A DNA stretch of 64,000 bases. It comes from Gemmatimonadaceae bacterium. GTDB taxonomy: Bacteria; Gemmatimonadota; Gemmatimonadetes; Gemmatimonadales; Gemmatimonadaceae. The DNA lies in assembly GCA_051859245.1 (NCBI GenBank), contig JBHYGA010000008.1:47179-111178 (forward strand). Direction: 5' to 3'. Position numbers and translations under genes: made by a program. The stretch's first letter is position 1. The number at the start of each line of letters is the position of its first letter. The notes under the pieces are model-generated. The model searched no databases. It was not told the DNA's origin and worked only from the letters and a program-made list of their open reading frames with translations. Positions 28,834 to 39,070 of this stretch are shown here, one piece after another.

Positions 28834-30197
28834 GCGTGCGCTCCGGAAAGTGACGACTCAGACGAAACAGGAATGCCGCGCGCCGGAATGCGAAACCGGA
28901 CTTCCGTGCCGCGACCAACAGTGCTCTCAGCTTCTACGACGCCGCGATGCGCGGATATCGTTTGTCGTGCGATTGCGAGACCCAGCCCCGTGCCGCCGGG
29001 TTTTGTGGTGACATACGGATCAAACATGCGATCGAGGACCTGCGCCTCAATGCCGGGACCGGAGTCACGGACTGCAACACAGACGGCCGGTTCGCCCGCG
29101 AGCTCGTCAGCGTCAACGCGCACGGTAATGACGCCGGCCGCAGGACAGACGTCGACCGCATTGATGAGCACGTTCGTTACCGCCCGCACGAGCGCGTCGT
29201 GAAAACCGCGTACGAGCGGAAGGTCGCTCGCGATCTCGCGCACGAGCGTAATGCGCTCCGGAACAGTGGATTCGGCCGCACGCGACACGAGATCGCCCAC
29301 GTCGACATCCGCCGCTGGCCCATCGGGCAACCGACCGAACTGGGCAAATGACCGGGCCATGGTTTCAAGTCGCGCCGACTCTTCGGCCAGCACTTCAACC
29401 GTGTCGTGCAGTTCGGGCGGTGCGCCACGTCGCAGTCGATCCACGGCGAAGCGAATGGGTGTGAGCGGGTTCTTGAGCTCGTGGGCGAAGCGACGCGCGC
29501 TTTCGCGAAACGCTTCAGCGCGTTCCGCCGCGAGCGCCTGTTGTCGACCCTGCTCCAGTTCGTTCGCCATGGTGCGCATGCCGGTGCGGAGCACTTCGAA
29601 CTCGGGTGCGCCCTTTCTCGCAGTAGCCGCGGGCAGTTGGCTGCCCGAACGGATGAGCCCCGTCCAACCGACGAGTTCATCGAGCGGCCGACTGAGCTGA
29701 CGTGCGAGGTGACCGGCCACGCGAGACGCGCCAAGGGCCACGCCGAACAGCAGGACAAAGGCGCCAAGCCCGATAAGCTGGACGGCTTGCGGAACCACAA
29801 ATCCGAAGCGCTTGGCCATTTCGAGCGAGCGGCGGAGTTCGGATTCATGGGTTCGCAGAGCCTCGCGCTGAGCATCAGTGAGTGGCGCGTCGGCGAGCGC
29901 GGAGATGGCGCGCTCCCCACTGCTGCCTACCCGCTCCCAGGCCGACGTGGCACCGACCAGTGGCAAGGCTCGGCTGGTGGTGATCACCCACGCTGCGGTG
30001 AGCAGAATCGAGGGGACGACCGCGAAGAGCAGCAGCACCGCGAACAAACGCGTCCGGAACGGCGTGTGGGCGCGTTTGGGAACGCGCGCACCGACCGACT
30101 GACTCGCGTGGGAGTCCGTACGGCGCCCGTTGGAGGGCGGTTTCGGGGAGGGCGTGTGTGGATCCAACCCGGTGGTCGGCTTCCGCATCTCGTTCAT
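28830..30197 (-). CDS. Sensor histidine kinase (HAMP, NtrY-like)
   Basis: AHELKNPLTP, NVLINA, DSGPG, FDPYVTTK, GTGLGL. Confidence 0.93.
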   Translation of the reverse strand: MNEMRKPTTGLDPHTPSPKPPSNGRRTDSHASQSVGARVPKRAHTPFRTRLFAVLLLFAVVPSILLTAAWVITTSRALPLVGATSAWERVGSSGERAISALADAPLTDAQREALRTHESELRRSLEMAKRFGFVVPQAVQLIGLGAFVLLFGVALGASRVAGHLARQLSRPLDELVGWTGLIRSGSQLPAATARKGAPEFEVLRTGMRTMANELEQGRQQALAAERAEAFRESARRFAHELKNPLTPIRFAVDRLRRGAPPELHDTVEVLAEESARLETMARSFAQFGRLPDGPAADVDVGDLVSRAAESTVPERITLVREIASDLPLVRGFHDALVRAVTNVLINAVDVCPAAGVITVRVDADELAGEPAVCVAVRDSGPGIEAQVLDRMFDPYVTTKPGGTGLGLAIARQTISAHRGVVEAESTVGRGTEVRFRIPARGIPVSSESSLSGAHA

Positions 30198-30241
30198 GGC
30201 TGGTAATTTACATGATTGTGTTGTCTCATGACCGGAGCGGA

Positions 30242-31819
30242 ATGCCAAACCAGTGGACCCTGACCACCCTATTCGAATCGCGCGTCCGGGAATTCCCGGA
30301 TCGATTCGTTGTTGTGGCAGGTGATCGGTCGCATTCGTTCCAACAGGTGGACGCGCAGGCGTCGGCACTCGCCGCCGCGTTCGCGGAACTTGGCATTGAG
30401 CACGGTGATCGTGTCGCCGTGAACTTGCCCAACGGGGTGGAGTGGCTCATCACCCTGGTTGCGTGCGCCAAACTTGGCGCCGCTGTGGTTCCGATCAGCC
30501 CGCAGCTCAACATTCACGAGTTGCGTTATCAGCTGCGTCATGCCGAAGCGAGTCTCGTCGTCACGATTGAACGACTCGATGGCGTGGATTTTCTGCAGCG
30601 TTTTGAAGACGTGCTCGCCGATCTTCCTGATCTGCAGTACGTGGTCACCGTGGGCGAAGAAGATCTGTGGTACGACGATCGCATTTTTCAGTTCGAGGAT
30701 TTGCTCTCGAGCGGAACGGGACGTCCGGTTCCGATGGTGTCGTGCACAGATGATGACGATCTGGCGGTGATTTATACGTCGGGTTTGTCGGGTAAGCCAA
30801 AGGGTGTGCGCCTGAGCCACCGGGCATTGCTCGAAAACGCCGCTTTGACAGGCGACGTTCTTGAACTGTCACCCGATGATCGGGTGCTGACGCCGGTGCC
30901 ATTTTTTACCGTGTTTGGATTTTCGGTGATGGTAGGGGCGATCAAGGCTGGTGCACCGTTGGTTGTCACGCCGCACTTTGACGCACGCGACACGTTGCGT
31001 GTGATTGAGACCCAGCGAGTCTCGGTGTTGTACGGTGTGCCCACCATGTGGCAGTTGCTGATGCGTGACTCGACGTTCTCACCGGCGCGTGTGCAGTCGC
31101 TGCGCACGGGTGTGATTGCCGGAACCGATGTCGCAGAAGATCTCGTGCAGCGCGTGCGCCAATGGTGCAATGTGCTGGTTGCGTACGGGCTGACGGAAAC
31201 CGGGCCCACCGTAACGATCACGCGTTTCTCTGATGACGACGAACAGCGTGTGAGCAGTGTAGGTCGCGCCCTTCCGGGTGTGGAGGTGATGGCGGTAGAC
31301 GTTGTCACCGGAGTGTTGCACGGGCCCGAAGCCGTCGGCGAAATCGCTGTACGTGGGCCGTTTCTCATGCGCGGGTATCTGCGCATGCCGGCCGAAACCG
31401 CCAAGGTTCACACGCCGGAAGGATTCTTTCTCACCGGTGATCTCGGCATCATCGACGAGGAAGGATACGTTCGCATCGTTGGTCGCCGTCGGGACACCAT
31501 CGCGCGCGGAGGATTCCAAGTGTATCCCCGTGAGGTGGAAGACCGGCTTCGCGCGCATCCAGCGGTAGACGATGTCTGCGTCATCGGTATTCCCCATGAG
31601 GTGCTGGGGGAGCAGGTGTGCGCATGCATCGTGCCCATTGAGGGCGCAGTCATCACGGGACGCGACATCATACTGTTCGCGCGCGACGTCATGGCTGAAT
31701 ACAAAGTTCCCGATCTCGTGCGCTTCTACGATGCTTTCCCCATGACGGGGAGTGGCAAGGTGAGGCGGCGCGAGCTAGCGCGGTCAATCGCGCTCGAACT
31801 CTCCGCATCGTACACCTGA
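30242..31819 (+). CDS. Acyl-CoA synthetase / AMP-binding enzyme
   Basis: YTSGLSGKPKG, YGLTE, TGDLG, SGKV. Confidence 0.92.
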   Translation: MPNQWTLTTLFESRVREFPDRFVVVAGDRSHSFQQVDAQASALAAAFAELGIEHGDRVAVNLPNGVEWLITLVACAKLGAAVVPISPQLNIHELRYQLRHAEASLVVTIERLDGVDFLQRFEDVLADLPDLQYVVTVGEEDLWYDDRIFQFEDLLSSGTGRPVPMVSCTDDDDLAVIYTSGLSGKPKGVRLSHRALLENAALTGDVLELSPDDRVLTPVPFFTVFGFSVMVGAIKAGAPLVVTPHFDARDTLRVIETQRVSVLYGVPTMWQLLMRDSTFSPARVQSLRTGVIAGTDVAEDLVQRVRQWCNVLVAYGLTETGPTVTITRFSDDDEQRVSSVGRALPGVEVMAVDVVTGVLHGPEAVGEIAVRGPFLMRGYLRMPAETAKVHTPEGFFLTGDLGIIDEEGYVRIVGRRRDTIARGGFQVYPREVEDRLRAHPAVDDVCVIGIPHEVLGEQVCACIVPIEGAVITGRDIILFARDVMAEYKVPDLVRFYDAFPMTGSGKVRRRELARSIALELSASYT

Positions 31820-31823
31820 GTCC

Positions 31824-33923
31824 ATGTCTCCTCGTCATTTACGTCCGTCTGCTCCACCTCGCCGTCCCGTCGCGCCGCTGCATCGCGGACCGCAGGCCGC
31901 TCCGATTTCTGCCTCCATGAGTTCGAACGTTGTCGGAGGCGCACCGCCGCATCAGGCGCCCAACGCCGCCATGCTCATCGATTTTGACAACGTCACGATG
32001 GGTATTCGCTCCGACCTGCAGGAAGAGCTCAAGAATCTGCTCTCGTCGGACATCATCAAAGGCAAAGTGGCCGTGCGTCGTGCCTACGCCGACTGGCGCC
32101 GCTATCCGCAGTACATCGTGCCGCTCACCGAAGCGTCGATCGATCTGATCTTTGCACCGGCGTATGGTTCGGCCAAAAAGAACGCCACCGATATTCGACT
32201 TGCCATCGACGCGCTTGAGCTCGTGTTCACGCGTCCTGAAATCGGCACGTTTGTATTGCTCTCCGGCGATTCCGATTTCTCGAGCATGGTGATCAAGCTC
32301 AAGGAGTACGGCAAGTACGTGATCGGCGTGGGCATTCGCGAATCGTCGAGCGATTTGCTGGTGATGAATTGCGACGAGTACTACTCGTACAACGCACTCG
32401 CCGGTCTAGTGCGCAACAGCGATGAAGAAGCAGTGCGCTGGGATCCGTGGGAGTTGGTGACGGAAGCCGTGCAGCGCATGAAGCGTAACGGTGATGTCAT
32501 GCGCTCCGATCGCCTCAAGCAGGTGATGCAGGAAATCGACGCACAGTTCGACGAGAAAAATCTCGGCATGCCGAAGTTCTCGCGTTTTGTGCAGGAAGCA
32601 CAGGCGAAGGGTTTGGTGACGGTCACCAAACTTGAGAACGGACAGCTGGAAATTGGTGTACCGGTGAGCGCAGTCGCGGCGACTGACGCGCCTGTTGCCG
32701 TTGCCGGTGTCGCTCCTGTGGAAGGCGCGGACGTCGAAACGCGTGAAGCACGCGAAGAGCGCGAAGAGCGTCGCGGTGGCCGTCGTGGTCGTCGTGGTCG
32801 TGGACGTGATCGTGAGCGTGAGCCACGTGGTGCGGAAAGCAGTGACGACACGGCGCCTGCCGCGGCCGGTGCAACGGCCGCTGCTGCTCCAGCGGCGCCC
32901 GTCGTTGACGCCAGCGCACCGCTCGGTTCAGTCGCGCGCGTTGGTGCGGTACGCCCGCCGGTTGCGGCGCCTGTTGCCCCAGCTGCTGCCGCACCTGCCG
33001 CTGACGCGCCGGTTGTCTCGCCGCCGCGCGACATGATTCGTGTGTCGCCGGAAAATGATACGATCGGCTTGTCGGGTGAAAAACTCACGCGCGCCGAAGC
33101 GTTTGATCTGGTGCAGCGTGCCGTCGCCTCACTCGTGAAGGGTGTGCAAACGACCACCGCGGTGAAGGTGCGCAAGAAGTCGTTCGAGTTGCTCGGCCGC
33201 GACTCCGAAACGCTGGCCGCGCGCATGTTCGAGCGCATTCTGCGTGACGCGCATGATGCTGACGTGATTGATTTGCGTCGTCGTGGTGATGATTACGAAG
33301 TCGGTCGCGTTGCAGAAGCCGCCACGATTTCCGATCAGCTCGCGAAGAAGGAAGCCGAGATCGTGCAGGAACAGAAGGCGGCCAAGATTGCGAGTGGCAC
33401 GGCCGGTCCGAGCGGACTTGGCACGCGTGGTCGTGCACCGGCGCGCGGTGGATCGCGTGGTGGTCCGCCGCCGGAGTTGTTGATGGTTGGTGTGGTGTCG
33501 CAGTCGTCGAGCGCAGCGGCAGCCGCCGCGGCGAAGCCGGTTGTACCAGCGACACCGGTTGTGGCTGCTCCAGTTGCATCCGCGCCGGTTGCGGCAGCGC
33601 CAATCGTTGAAGAGAAGGCCGAGCCGAAGGTCGACGCGAAGCCTGCGCGTGGTGGCAAGCCCGCAGCCAAGGCTCCGGCCAAGGCTGCAGCGCGCACGGA
33701 GCCGCGTACATCGGTGGCAACCAAGCCAGCCAAGGCAGCCAAGGCTCCGGCCAAGACTGCGGCCAAGGCACCAGCCAAGGCACCAGCCAAAGCACCGGCC
33801 AAGACCGCGGCCAAGGCTGCGCCCAAGCCAGCTGCGAAGTCTCCGGCGAAGGCCGCGGCCAAGCCAGCAAAGTCGGCCGCCAAGGCGCCCGCGAAGAAAG
33901 CGGCGAAGAAGGCCGCGAAGTAG
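31824..33923 (+). CDS. NYN domain protein with LOTUS/OST-HTH domain and Lys/Ala-rich tail
   Basis: IDFDN, KKNATDI, LSGDSDF; FDEKNLGMPKFSRFV; AKAPAK repeats. Confidence 0.88.
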   Translation: MSPRHLRPSAPPRRPVAPLHRGPQAAPISASMSSNVVGGAPPHQAPNAAMLIDFDNVTMGIRSDLQEELKNLLSSDIIKGKVAVRRAYADWRRYPQYIVPLTEASIDLIFAPAYGSAKKNATDIRLAIDALELVFTRPEIGTFVLLSGDSDFSSMVIKLKEYGKYVIGVGIRESSSDLLVMNCDEYYSYNALAGLVRNSDEEAVRWDPWELVTEAVQRMKRNGDVMRSDRLKQVMQEIDAQFDEKNLGMPKFSRFVQEAQAKGLVTVTKLENGQLEIGVPVSAVAATDAPVAVAGVAPVEGADVETREAREEREERRGGRRGRRGRGRDREREPRGAESSDDTAPAAAGATAAAAPAAPVVDASAPLGSVARVGAVRPPVAAPVAPAAAAPAADAPVVSPPRDMIRVSPENDTIGLSGEKLTRAEAFDLVQRAVASLVKGVQTTTAVKVRKKSFELLGRDSETLAARMFERILRDAHDADVIDLRRRGDDYEVGRVAEAATISDQLAKKEAEIVQEQKAAKIASGTAGPSGLGTRGRAPARGGSRGGPPPELLMVGVVSQSSSAAAAAAAKPVVPATPVVAAPVASAPVAAAPIVEEKAEPKVDAKPARGGKPAAKAPAKAAARTEPRTSVATKPAKAAKAPAKTAAKAPAKAPAKAPAKTAAKAAPKPAAKSPAKAAAKPAKSAAKAPAKKAAKKAAK

Positions 33924-33951
33924 TTCGACGCGGTCGCTTCGTTTTGTGCGC

Positions 33952-34000
33952 GAACCGCGCAATACCCCCGGTGTACTTGCCGGGTGGTATTGCGCGGTTC
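33952..34000. terminator. Long hairpin after the NYN gene
   Basis: GAACCGCGCAATACC..GGTATTGCGCGGTTC. Confidence 0.55.
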
Positions 34001-34022
34001 CACGTTTTCGCGGTTGCAGTTG

Positions 34023-34238
34023 CTGATGCGTCCATTCGGCCGCTCTGGAAGGAGCTCAGGGCCATTTGGCCTTTCGACAAATCATTTTCGTACGACGGCG
34101 TGGAGCACCAGCGCTGGTTGACCACCTCGTGGTATTACACAGCCCGACATCGCTGCTGAGTGCACCTTTTCGAAACACGTTCGCCGAACGGCCAAATGGC
34201 CCTGGGCTCCTTCCAGAGCGGCCGAATGGACGAATCAG
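34023..34238. repeat. REPIN/MITE-like element, family 1, copy A
   Basis: Inverted arms 34023-34076 and 34185-34238; homologous to 46278-46496 and 63946-64000. Confidence 0.8.
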
Positions 34239-34353
34239 ACCGCATGTTGACGCAAGTTCGTTTCGTGTAACCGAGAGGCTGTGATGCAGCAGCGGAATCT
34301 TGCGTTGATGTTGGCACTCTTTCTCCCCACGCCCACGCTACACTCGCACTCTG

Positions 34354-35049
34354 GTGCAGGTGAATAATCGCCTCGCACTTCCGCGCGAGTTCTACGATCG
34401 CGATGCCGACCTCGTCGCGCGCGACTTGCTCGGCGCCGAGCTGCGGTTTGCATCGCCCGACGGTGTGACGAGTGGTGTGATCGTGGAGACGGAGGCGTAC
34501 CTTGGTCCGCACGATCCGGCGTGTCACGCGGTGGTCGGTCGCACCGCTCGCACCTGGCATCTGTTCGGACCGCCCGGCACGGCCTACGTGTATTTCGTGT
34601 ACGGCATGCACTGGTGTGTGAATGCGGTCACGCGTGAAGACGGGTTCGGTAGTGCCGTACTCATTCGTGCGGTGCAGCCGGTGGAGGGAATTGCGATCAT
34701 GCGCCAGCGTCGCGTGAAGGCGCGTCGTGATGTGGACCTGTGCAACGGCCCGGCGAAGTTGTGCGAAGCGTTTGGTATTACGCGGGCGCAGGACGGTGTA
34801 TCGCTCGTTGAGAGCGAGCTGCAGATTGGTGCCGGAACGTATGTGCCTGACGCGCAGGTGATTGTGGGTCCACGCGTTGGGATCAGTAAGGCAGTGGACT
34901 GGCCGCTGCGGTTTCGGGTTCGCGCGGATCGCGGGGTAACGGCAACGCCAACTGCAAAAGCCACTGCAAAAGCCACTGCAAAAGCCACAGCCGGGGCCCG
35001 TCGGCGCGTTGCACCGACGGGCCAAGGACACGAAAACAGCAACAGATAA
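34354..35049 (+). CDS. mpg: DNA-3-methyladenine glycosylase
   Basis: VETEAYLG..DPACH, YVYFVYGMHWC, AVLIRA, NGPAKL, PRVGI. Confidence 0.94.
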   Translation: MQVNNRLALPREFYDRDADLVARDLLGAELRFASPDGVTSGVIVETEAYLGPHDPACHAVVGRTARTWHLFGPPGTAYVYFVYGMHWCVNAVTREDGFGSAVLIRAVQPVEGIAIMRQRRVKARRDVDLCNGPAKLCEAFGITRAQDGVSLVESELQIGAGTYVPDAQVIVGPRVGISKAVDWPLRFRVRADRGVTATPTAKATAKATAKATAGARRRVAPTGQGHENSNR

Positions 35050-35076
35050 GGACACGAAAACTGCTTTCGTGTCCTT
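34951..35076. repeat. 3x ACTGCAAAAGCC tandem plus family 2 REP-like palindrome and terminal hairpin
   Basis: Direct reading; matches 3929-3998; hairpin AAGGACACGAAA/TTTCGTGTCCTT 35048-35076. Confidence 0.75.
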
Positions 35077-35128
35077 CCCGCCGCAGTTCCCCCAGCCCTA
35101 GGCGAACGCGCGCGACAACGATCGAACC

Positions 35129-37801
35129 CTACCGCCCCAGATACAACGCGTTGAACAGCAGCCGGAACGTGCCGTACGACTGCGCGCGATGCTGAGGCCG
35201 AAAACCAAAGAGCACCGCGTCACCCTGGCCCGCGCGCACACGAACCATCGCGGCGCGACCGGCGATGGTTTCGGCGCCGTCGAGATAGCCACTTAATAGA
35301 ATGTCGCTCGCCTGGGTCGGATACCGTGCCACCACTTCGGCCGGACCGTCGGCGGGCATCAGGAACGACACGCTGTTGGTGAAGTACACCGCCGTCGTAT
35401 CGCTGGCGCCAACGGCCAAAGGATGACGCGTGCTCACGAGCGTGCGCAGGATGGATCCGGGCGCGTACGGTGATGTGCGTGGTGCCGCCACAGCGGCCTG
35501 ATCGCCTCCCGGATTTGCTTCGCCGGTGCGATTGCCACCGGCAATGATGCGCAGTGGTGCACCGAGCTGCTCCACCGCAAACTCACTCGCGTGATCGAGC
35601 AGTACGAGTCGGCCACCGGCGCGAGTGAACGATGCGAGCTCGCCCAGGCCTGCGTCGCCAAGTCCGCTTGCGTAACGCGCCGGCACCTCGCGCGCAGACA
35701 TGCCGTCGCGCATTTGACGCAGCGGCATATCAGGCACCACGATCACATCGAACTGGCGCGAGAGACCACCCGCACGCACCATGGAATCGGTGAGCGCGGT
35801 GAACGGTACTCCAAACTGTTCGAGGATCCAGCGTGTCCACCCTTCATCCATATTGGCGGTCCACGGCTTGTACATCGCAATGCGTGGCGCGCGAATGACG
35901 GTGCTCCCTGGTACGCGCGAGACCGCATGCACCTGATGCGCGCACACCGGCTCGTCGCCCAATGCTGATGCGGCTGGCAACCGGTCGAGGATCACCGTAC
36001 CGGCAGGCATCGTAACACCAGCAGCGGTGACAAACTCGGCGTTGCTCGATCGCGCCCGCACGCCCGCTTTGAGTGCACGTGCAAGCAGGGAGTAGGAGCG
36101 CGTATCCCGCAGGTCGAGCGCAACCGCACCGCGAACGGTGGCCGCGGTGCAGGTGGTTGCGCGATCATGCAGTGCAGCAACCGGCGCCGCGGCAACGTTC
36201 GTGAGTGGTGCGTCAGTTACCGCGTTGGCGAGCACGCCGAGCTGCATGGGCAGCGTCCAGCCGGCCACATCATATGGTGGATCGACCGGTCCGCCCGGAT
36301 ACTGCTCCATGCGCGGGAATCGCTGCACCTCGAGCAGGTCCTTGGCGTGCGCGCGGAATGGCTGCGACATGGGCACCACATACGATCCCGCCGCATATTC
36401 GCGCCCGTTCGCTCGGAAGGGCGCGCTGGCCTTGGACACTTCCACGCCGCCAAGGCGCAACACTTCCACAAGTCGCTGCACCGCACTCGGATCACGCTGT
36501 CCCGACGGAATCACGTACGCGTACGGCGCGGAATCGGCGCCGAGTGCAAGCTGCTTGCGCGTGAGCTGCACCTGGTTGCGCACAAAGCTGGCGCGCTGTG
36601 TGCTGGCGAGTTCAATGAGCGCTTCAACGGCGATCAGCTCGTAATCCATGATGTCACGCAGGCGCCATGTGCCGCCCATCCACGGATTCGGGAAGTTCAC
36701 CTTTTTCTCGTAGACTGGCAGTCCGCGCGGATGGCCGCGCAACTCACTCGCCGACTGCGTGATCGGTGTGGCAATGCGAACGCTCGCCGCTTCAGACAGC
36801 AGGCCCACCATGTTGTGGCGCGTGGGCGTAGAACGTGCGCCGCCGTGCCACCACAGGTCGTACGTCACACCATCGCCAACGCCGGTTTTACCCGCCGCTT
36901 CGAGCGAAAACTGCATTTGCATGCCGACCAGATTGATGCTGCGCACAATGAGCGGATCAAGATTGTCGTTGATCGGATCCACGTGCGGCGGCACGGTGAG
37001 TCGCATGCCGGCGTTGCCCTGCTGGTGCACATCATAGAACACATGCGGGAACCAGCGACGGTACAGGTAGTCGGTGACAAGACGCGTTTCCGTCTGGGTC
37101 ACCATGAACCAATCGCGGTTGTTGTCGTGCCCGGTGTACACGTGGTACAACCACGGCAGCAGTCCACCTTCGAACGGCGTGCCCACGCCTTGGCGGTACC
37201 AGTCGGTGATCATCTGCTGGCCGTCGGGATTCATGCTCGGCACGAGCAGGACGACGACATTTTCCAACTGACGCTGCAGCGTGTCCACCGTGGCCAGACG
37301 ATACGCCAGCTCCATGGCCATCTGCGACGCGCCAATTTCGTTGGAGTGCAGATTGCACGAAATGAAGAGCACCGTGGGCTGATCGGCGCGCAGTCGCGCT
37401 TCGTCGGCGCTGCTCAATCCGCGCGGGTCGGCGAGGCGCGCTTGCGTGGTACGGATCTGCTCCAGCCGCGCGATGTTGCGCGTCGACGAAATTGCGGCCA
37501 CAACAAACGGTTTGCCCTGCGTAGTGCGGCCAAGGGTGTCGAGCTTCATCTGCTGCGGCACCGCACGCGCGAGCGCGGAGAAGTAGCTCGTGATCTGCGT
37601 CCAGTCGGCGAGCACGCGGTCGGCCCCTACATCTATACCAATGTGCGCGCTGGGCGTTGGAACGCCCGACACGGGGCGAATGGGCTGCGCGTGCAACCGC
37701 GACGCAGAGGTCGCGGCCGCGAGGGCGAGCGTAGTTGCACACACGGTCTGCGCGAGTCGATGACCGAGTGACGCGGCGCGGTGCGCCTTACGCCCGATCA
37801 T
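35129..37801 (-). CDS. Secreted M14 family zinc carboxypeptidase
   Basis: HSNE, NPDG, DNNRD, DVHQ; C-terminal GATase-like domain (DEGWTRW, FRPQHR). Confidence 0.88.
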   Translation of the reverse strand: MIGRKAHRAASLGHRLAQTVCATTLALAAATSASRLHAQPIRPVSGVPTPSAHIGIDVGADRVLADWTQITSYFSALARAVPQQMKLDTLGRTTQGKPFVVAAISSTRNIARLEQIRTTQARLADPRGLSSADEARLRADQPTVLFISCNLHSNEIGASQMAMELAYRLATVDTLQRQLENVVVLLVPSMNPDGQQMITDWYRQGVGTPFEGGLLPWLYHVYTGHDNNRDWFMVTQTETRLVTDYLYRRWFPHVFYDVHQQGNAGMRLTVPPHVDPINDNLDPLIVRSINLVGMQMQFSLEAAGKTGVGDGVTYDLWWHGGARSTPTRHNMVGLLSEAASVRIATPITQSASELRGHPRGLPVYEKKVNFPNPWMGGTWRLRDIMDYELIAVEALIELASTQRASFVRNQVQLTRKQLALGADSAPYAYVIPSGQRDPSAVQRLVEVLRLGGVEVSKASAPFRANGREYAAGSYVVPMSQPFRAHAKDLLEVQRFPRMEQYPGGPVDPPYDVAGWTLPMQLGVLANAVTDAPLTNVAAAPVAALHDRATTCTAATVRGAVALDLRDTRSYSLLARALKAGVRARSSNAEFVTAAGVTMPAGTVILDRLPAASALGDEPVCAHQVHAVSRVPGSTVIRAPRIAMYKPWTANMDEGWTRWILEQFGVPFTALTDSMVRAGGLSRQFDVIVVPDMPLRQMRDGMSAREVPARYASGLGDAGLGELASFTRAGGRLVLLDHASEFAVEQLGAPLRIIAGGNRTGEANPGGDQAAVAAPRTSPYAPGSILRTLVSTRHPLAVGASDTTAVYFTNSVSFLMPADGPAEVVARYPTQASDILLSGYLDGAETIAGRAAMVRVRAGQGDAVLFGFRPQHRAQSYGTFRLLFNALYLGR

Positions 37802-39003
37802 TTGAGCAGTCCCGCCGCGCGTCCTGCCACCTTGAACGCGGCCACGACCTGCTCCAGATCCTCGCGCGTGTGATCGGCACTGACCTGACACCGCACGCGC
37901 GCTTCGCCTTTGGGCACTACGGGAAATCCGAAGCCTGTAACAAACACACCCTGCTCCAGCAGCAATTCGCTCATGCGAATCGCCAGTGCCGTTTCGCCCA
38001 CAATGATCGGAACGATTGGCGTCTCACCTTCCATGGGCGCAAAACCGGCTTCGCGAATCGCGCCGCGAAACCAGTTCGCGTTCTCGCGTAGCGTGGTCAC
38101 ACGCTCCGGCTCCGCGCGCAGGACACGTACCGCGGCGAGCGATGACGCGGCCACGGTGGGCGGCAACGCATTCGAAAACAGCTGCGGACGCGAACGCTGC
38201 GTGAGCAGATCTACCACTGATTCGGCAGACGCGACAAACCCACCGGCGGCCCCGCCGAGCGCTTTGCCAAGCGTGGACGTGATCACGTCCACTTCACCGA
38301 TCACACCAAAATGTTCGGCCGTGCCGCGTCCGGTGGCGCCGAGCACGCCGGTGGCGTGCGAGTCGTCCATGATCACAATCGCGTCGTACTCGCGCGCCAG
38401 TTCGAGAATCTCGGGCAGTTTTGCAATGCTGCCCTCCATGGAAAACACGCCATCGGTCCAGATAAAACGGCGGCGTGCGTCGCGCGAAGCGGCCAGCTTT
38501 TCGCGCAGGTCGTCCATGTCGCTGTGCTTGTACACGGCGCTCCGACACTTGGTGATGGACTTGGCCAGGCGCACCGAATCAATGATCGAGGCGTGGTTGA
38601 GTTCATCGGAAATCACCATGTCGTCGGGGCCGGCATGCGTGGGCGTGAACGCTTCGTTCGCATTCCACGCCGACACGTACGACAGGCTGGCGGGCGTTCC
38701 GGCCAACTGTGCCAGCTCGGCTTCAAGCTCGCGGTGCAGGGCAAACGTGCCGCAGATAAAGCGCACGCTGGCCGTACCGGCGCCGTAGCGGTGCAGTGCA
38801 TCAACACCGGCCTGTACCACGGTGGGATGGTTGGCCAGTCCCAGATAGTTATTGGACGACAGCACAATCACCTCGCCGCGCCCTTCCATGCGCACGCGCG
38901 CGCCCTGCGGTGACTCGAGGTGATTGAGGCGCTTGTACACGCGGTCAGCTTTGAGCTGGGCGATCTCGGCGTCGCTATCGGCGACGAAGCGGGCGTTGAG
39001 CAT
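37798..39003 (-). CDS. kbl: Glycine C-acetyltransferase
   Basis: SNNYLGLA, SVRFICGT, DDSHATG, TLGKALGG; next to tdh. Confidence 0.95.
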   Translation of the reverse strand: MLNARFVADSDAEIAQLKADRVYKRLNHLESPQGARVRMEGRGEVIVLSSNNYLGLANHPTVVQAGVDALHRYGAGTASVRFICGTFALHRELEAELAQLAGTPASLSYVSAWNANEAFTPTHAGPDDMVISDELNHASIIDSVRLAKSITKCRSAVYKHSDMDDLREKLAASRDARRRFIWTDGVFSMEGSIAKLPEILELAREYDAIVIMDDSHATGVLGATGRGTAEHFGVIGEVDVITSTLGKALGGAAGGFVASAESVVDLLTQRSRPQLFSNALPPTVAASSLAAVRVLRAEPERVTTLRENANWFRGAIREAGFAPMEGETPIVPIIVGETALAIRMSELLLEQGVFVTGFGFPVVPKGEARVRCQVSADHTREDLEQVVAAFKVAGRAAGLLK

Positions 39004-39070
39004 GTGACGAATCGGAGTCAAGGAAGAGCGCGAACTGCGTGACGAACAATTGGCGAGCCAGCGGGCGGCG

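Noticed and set aside
34246..34314. GU-rich stem ATGTTGACGCAAG/CTTGCGTTGATGT upstream of mpg
   Set aside because: Single copy with no family resemblance; cannot be distinguished from chance
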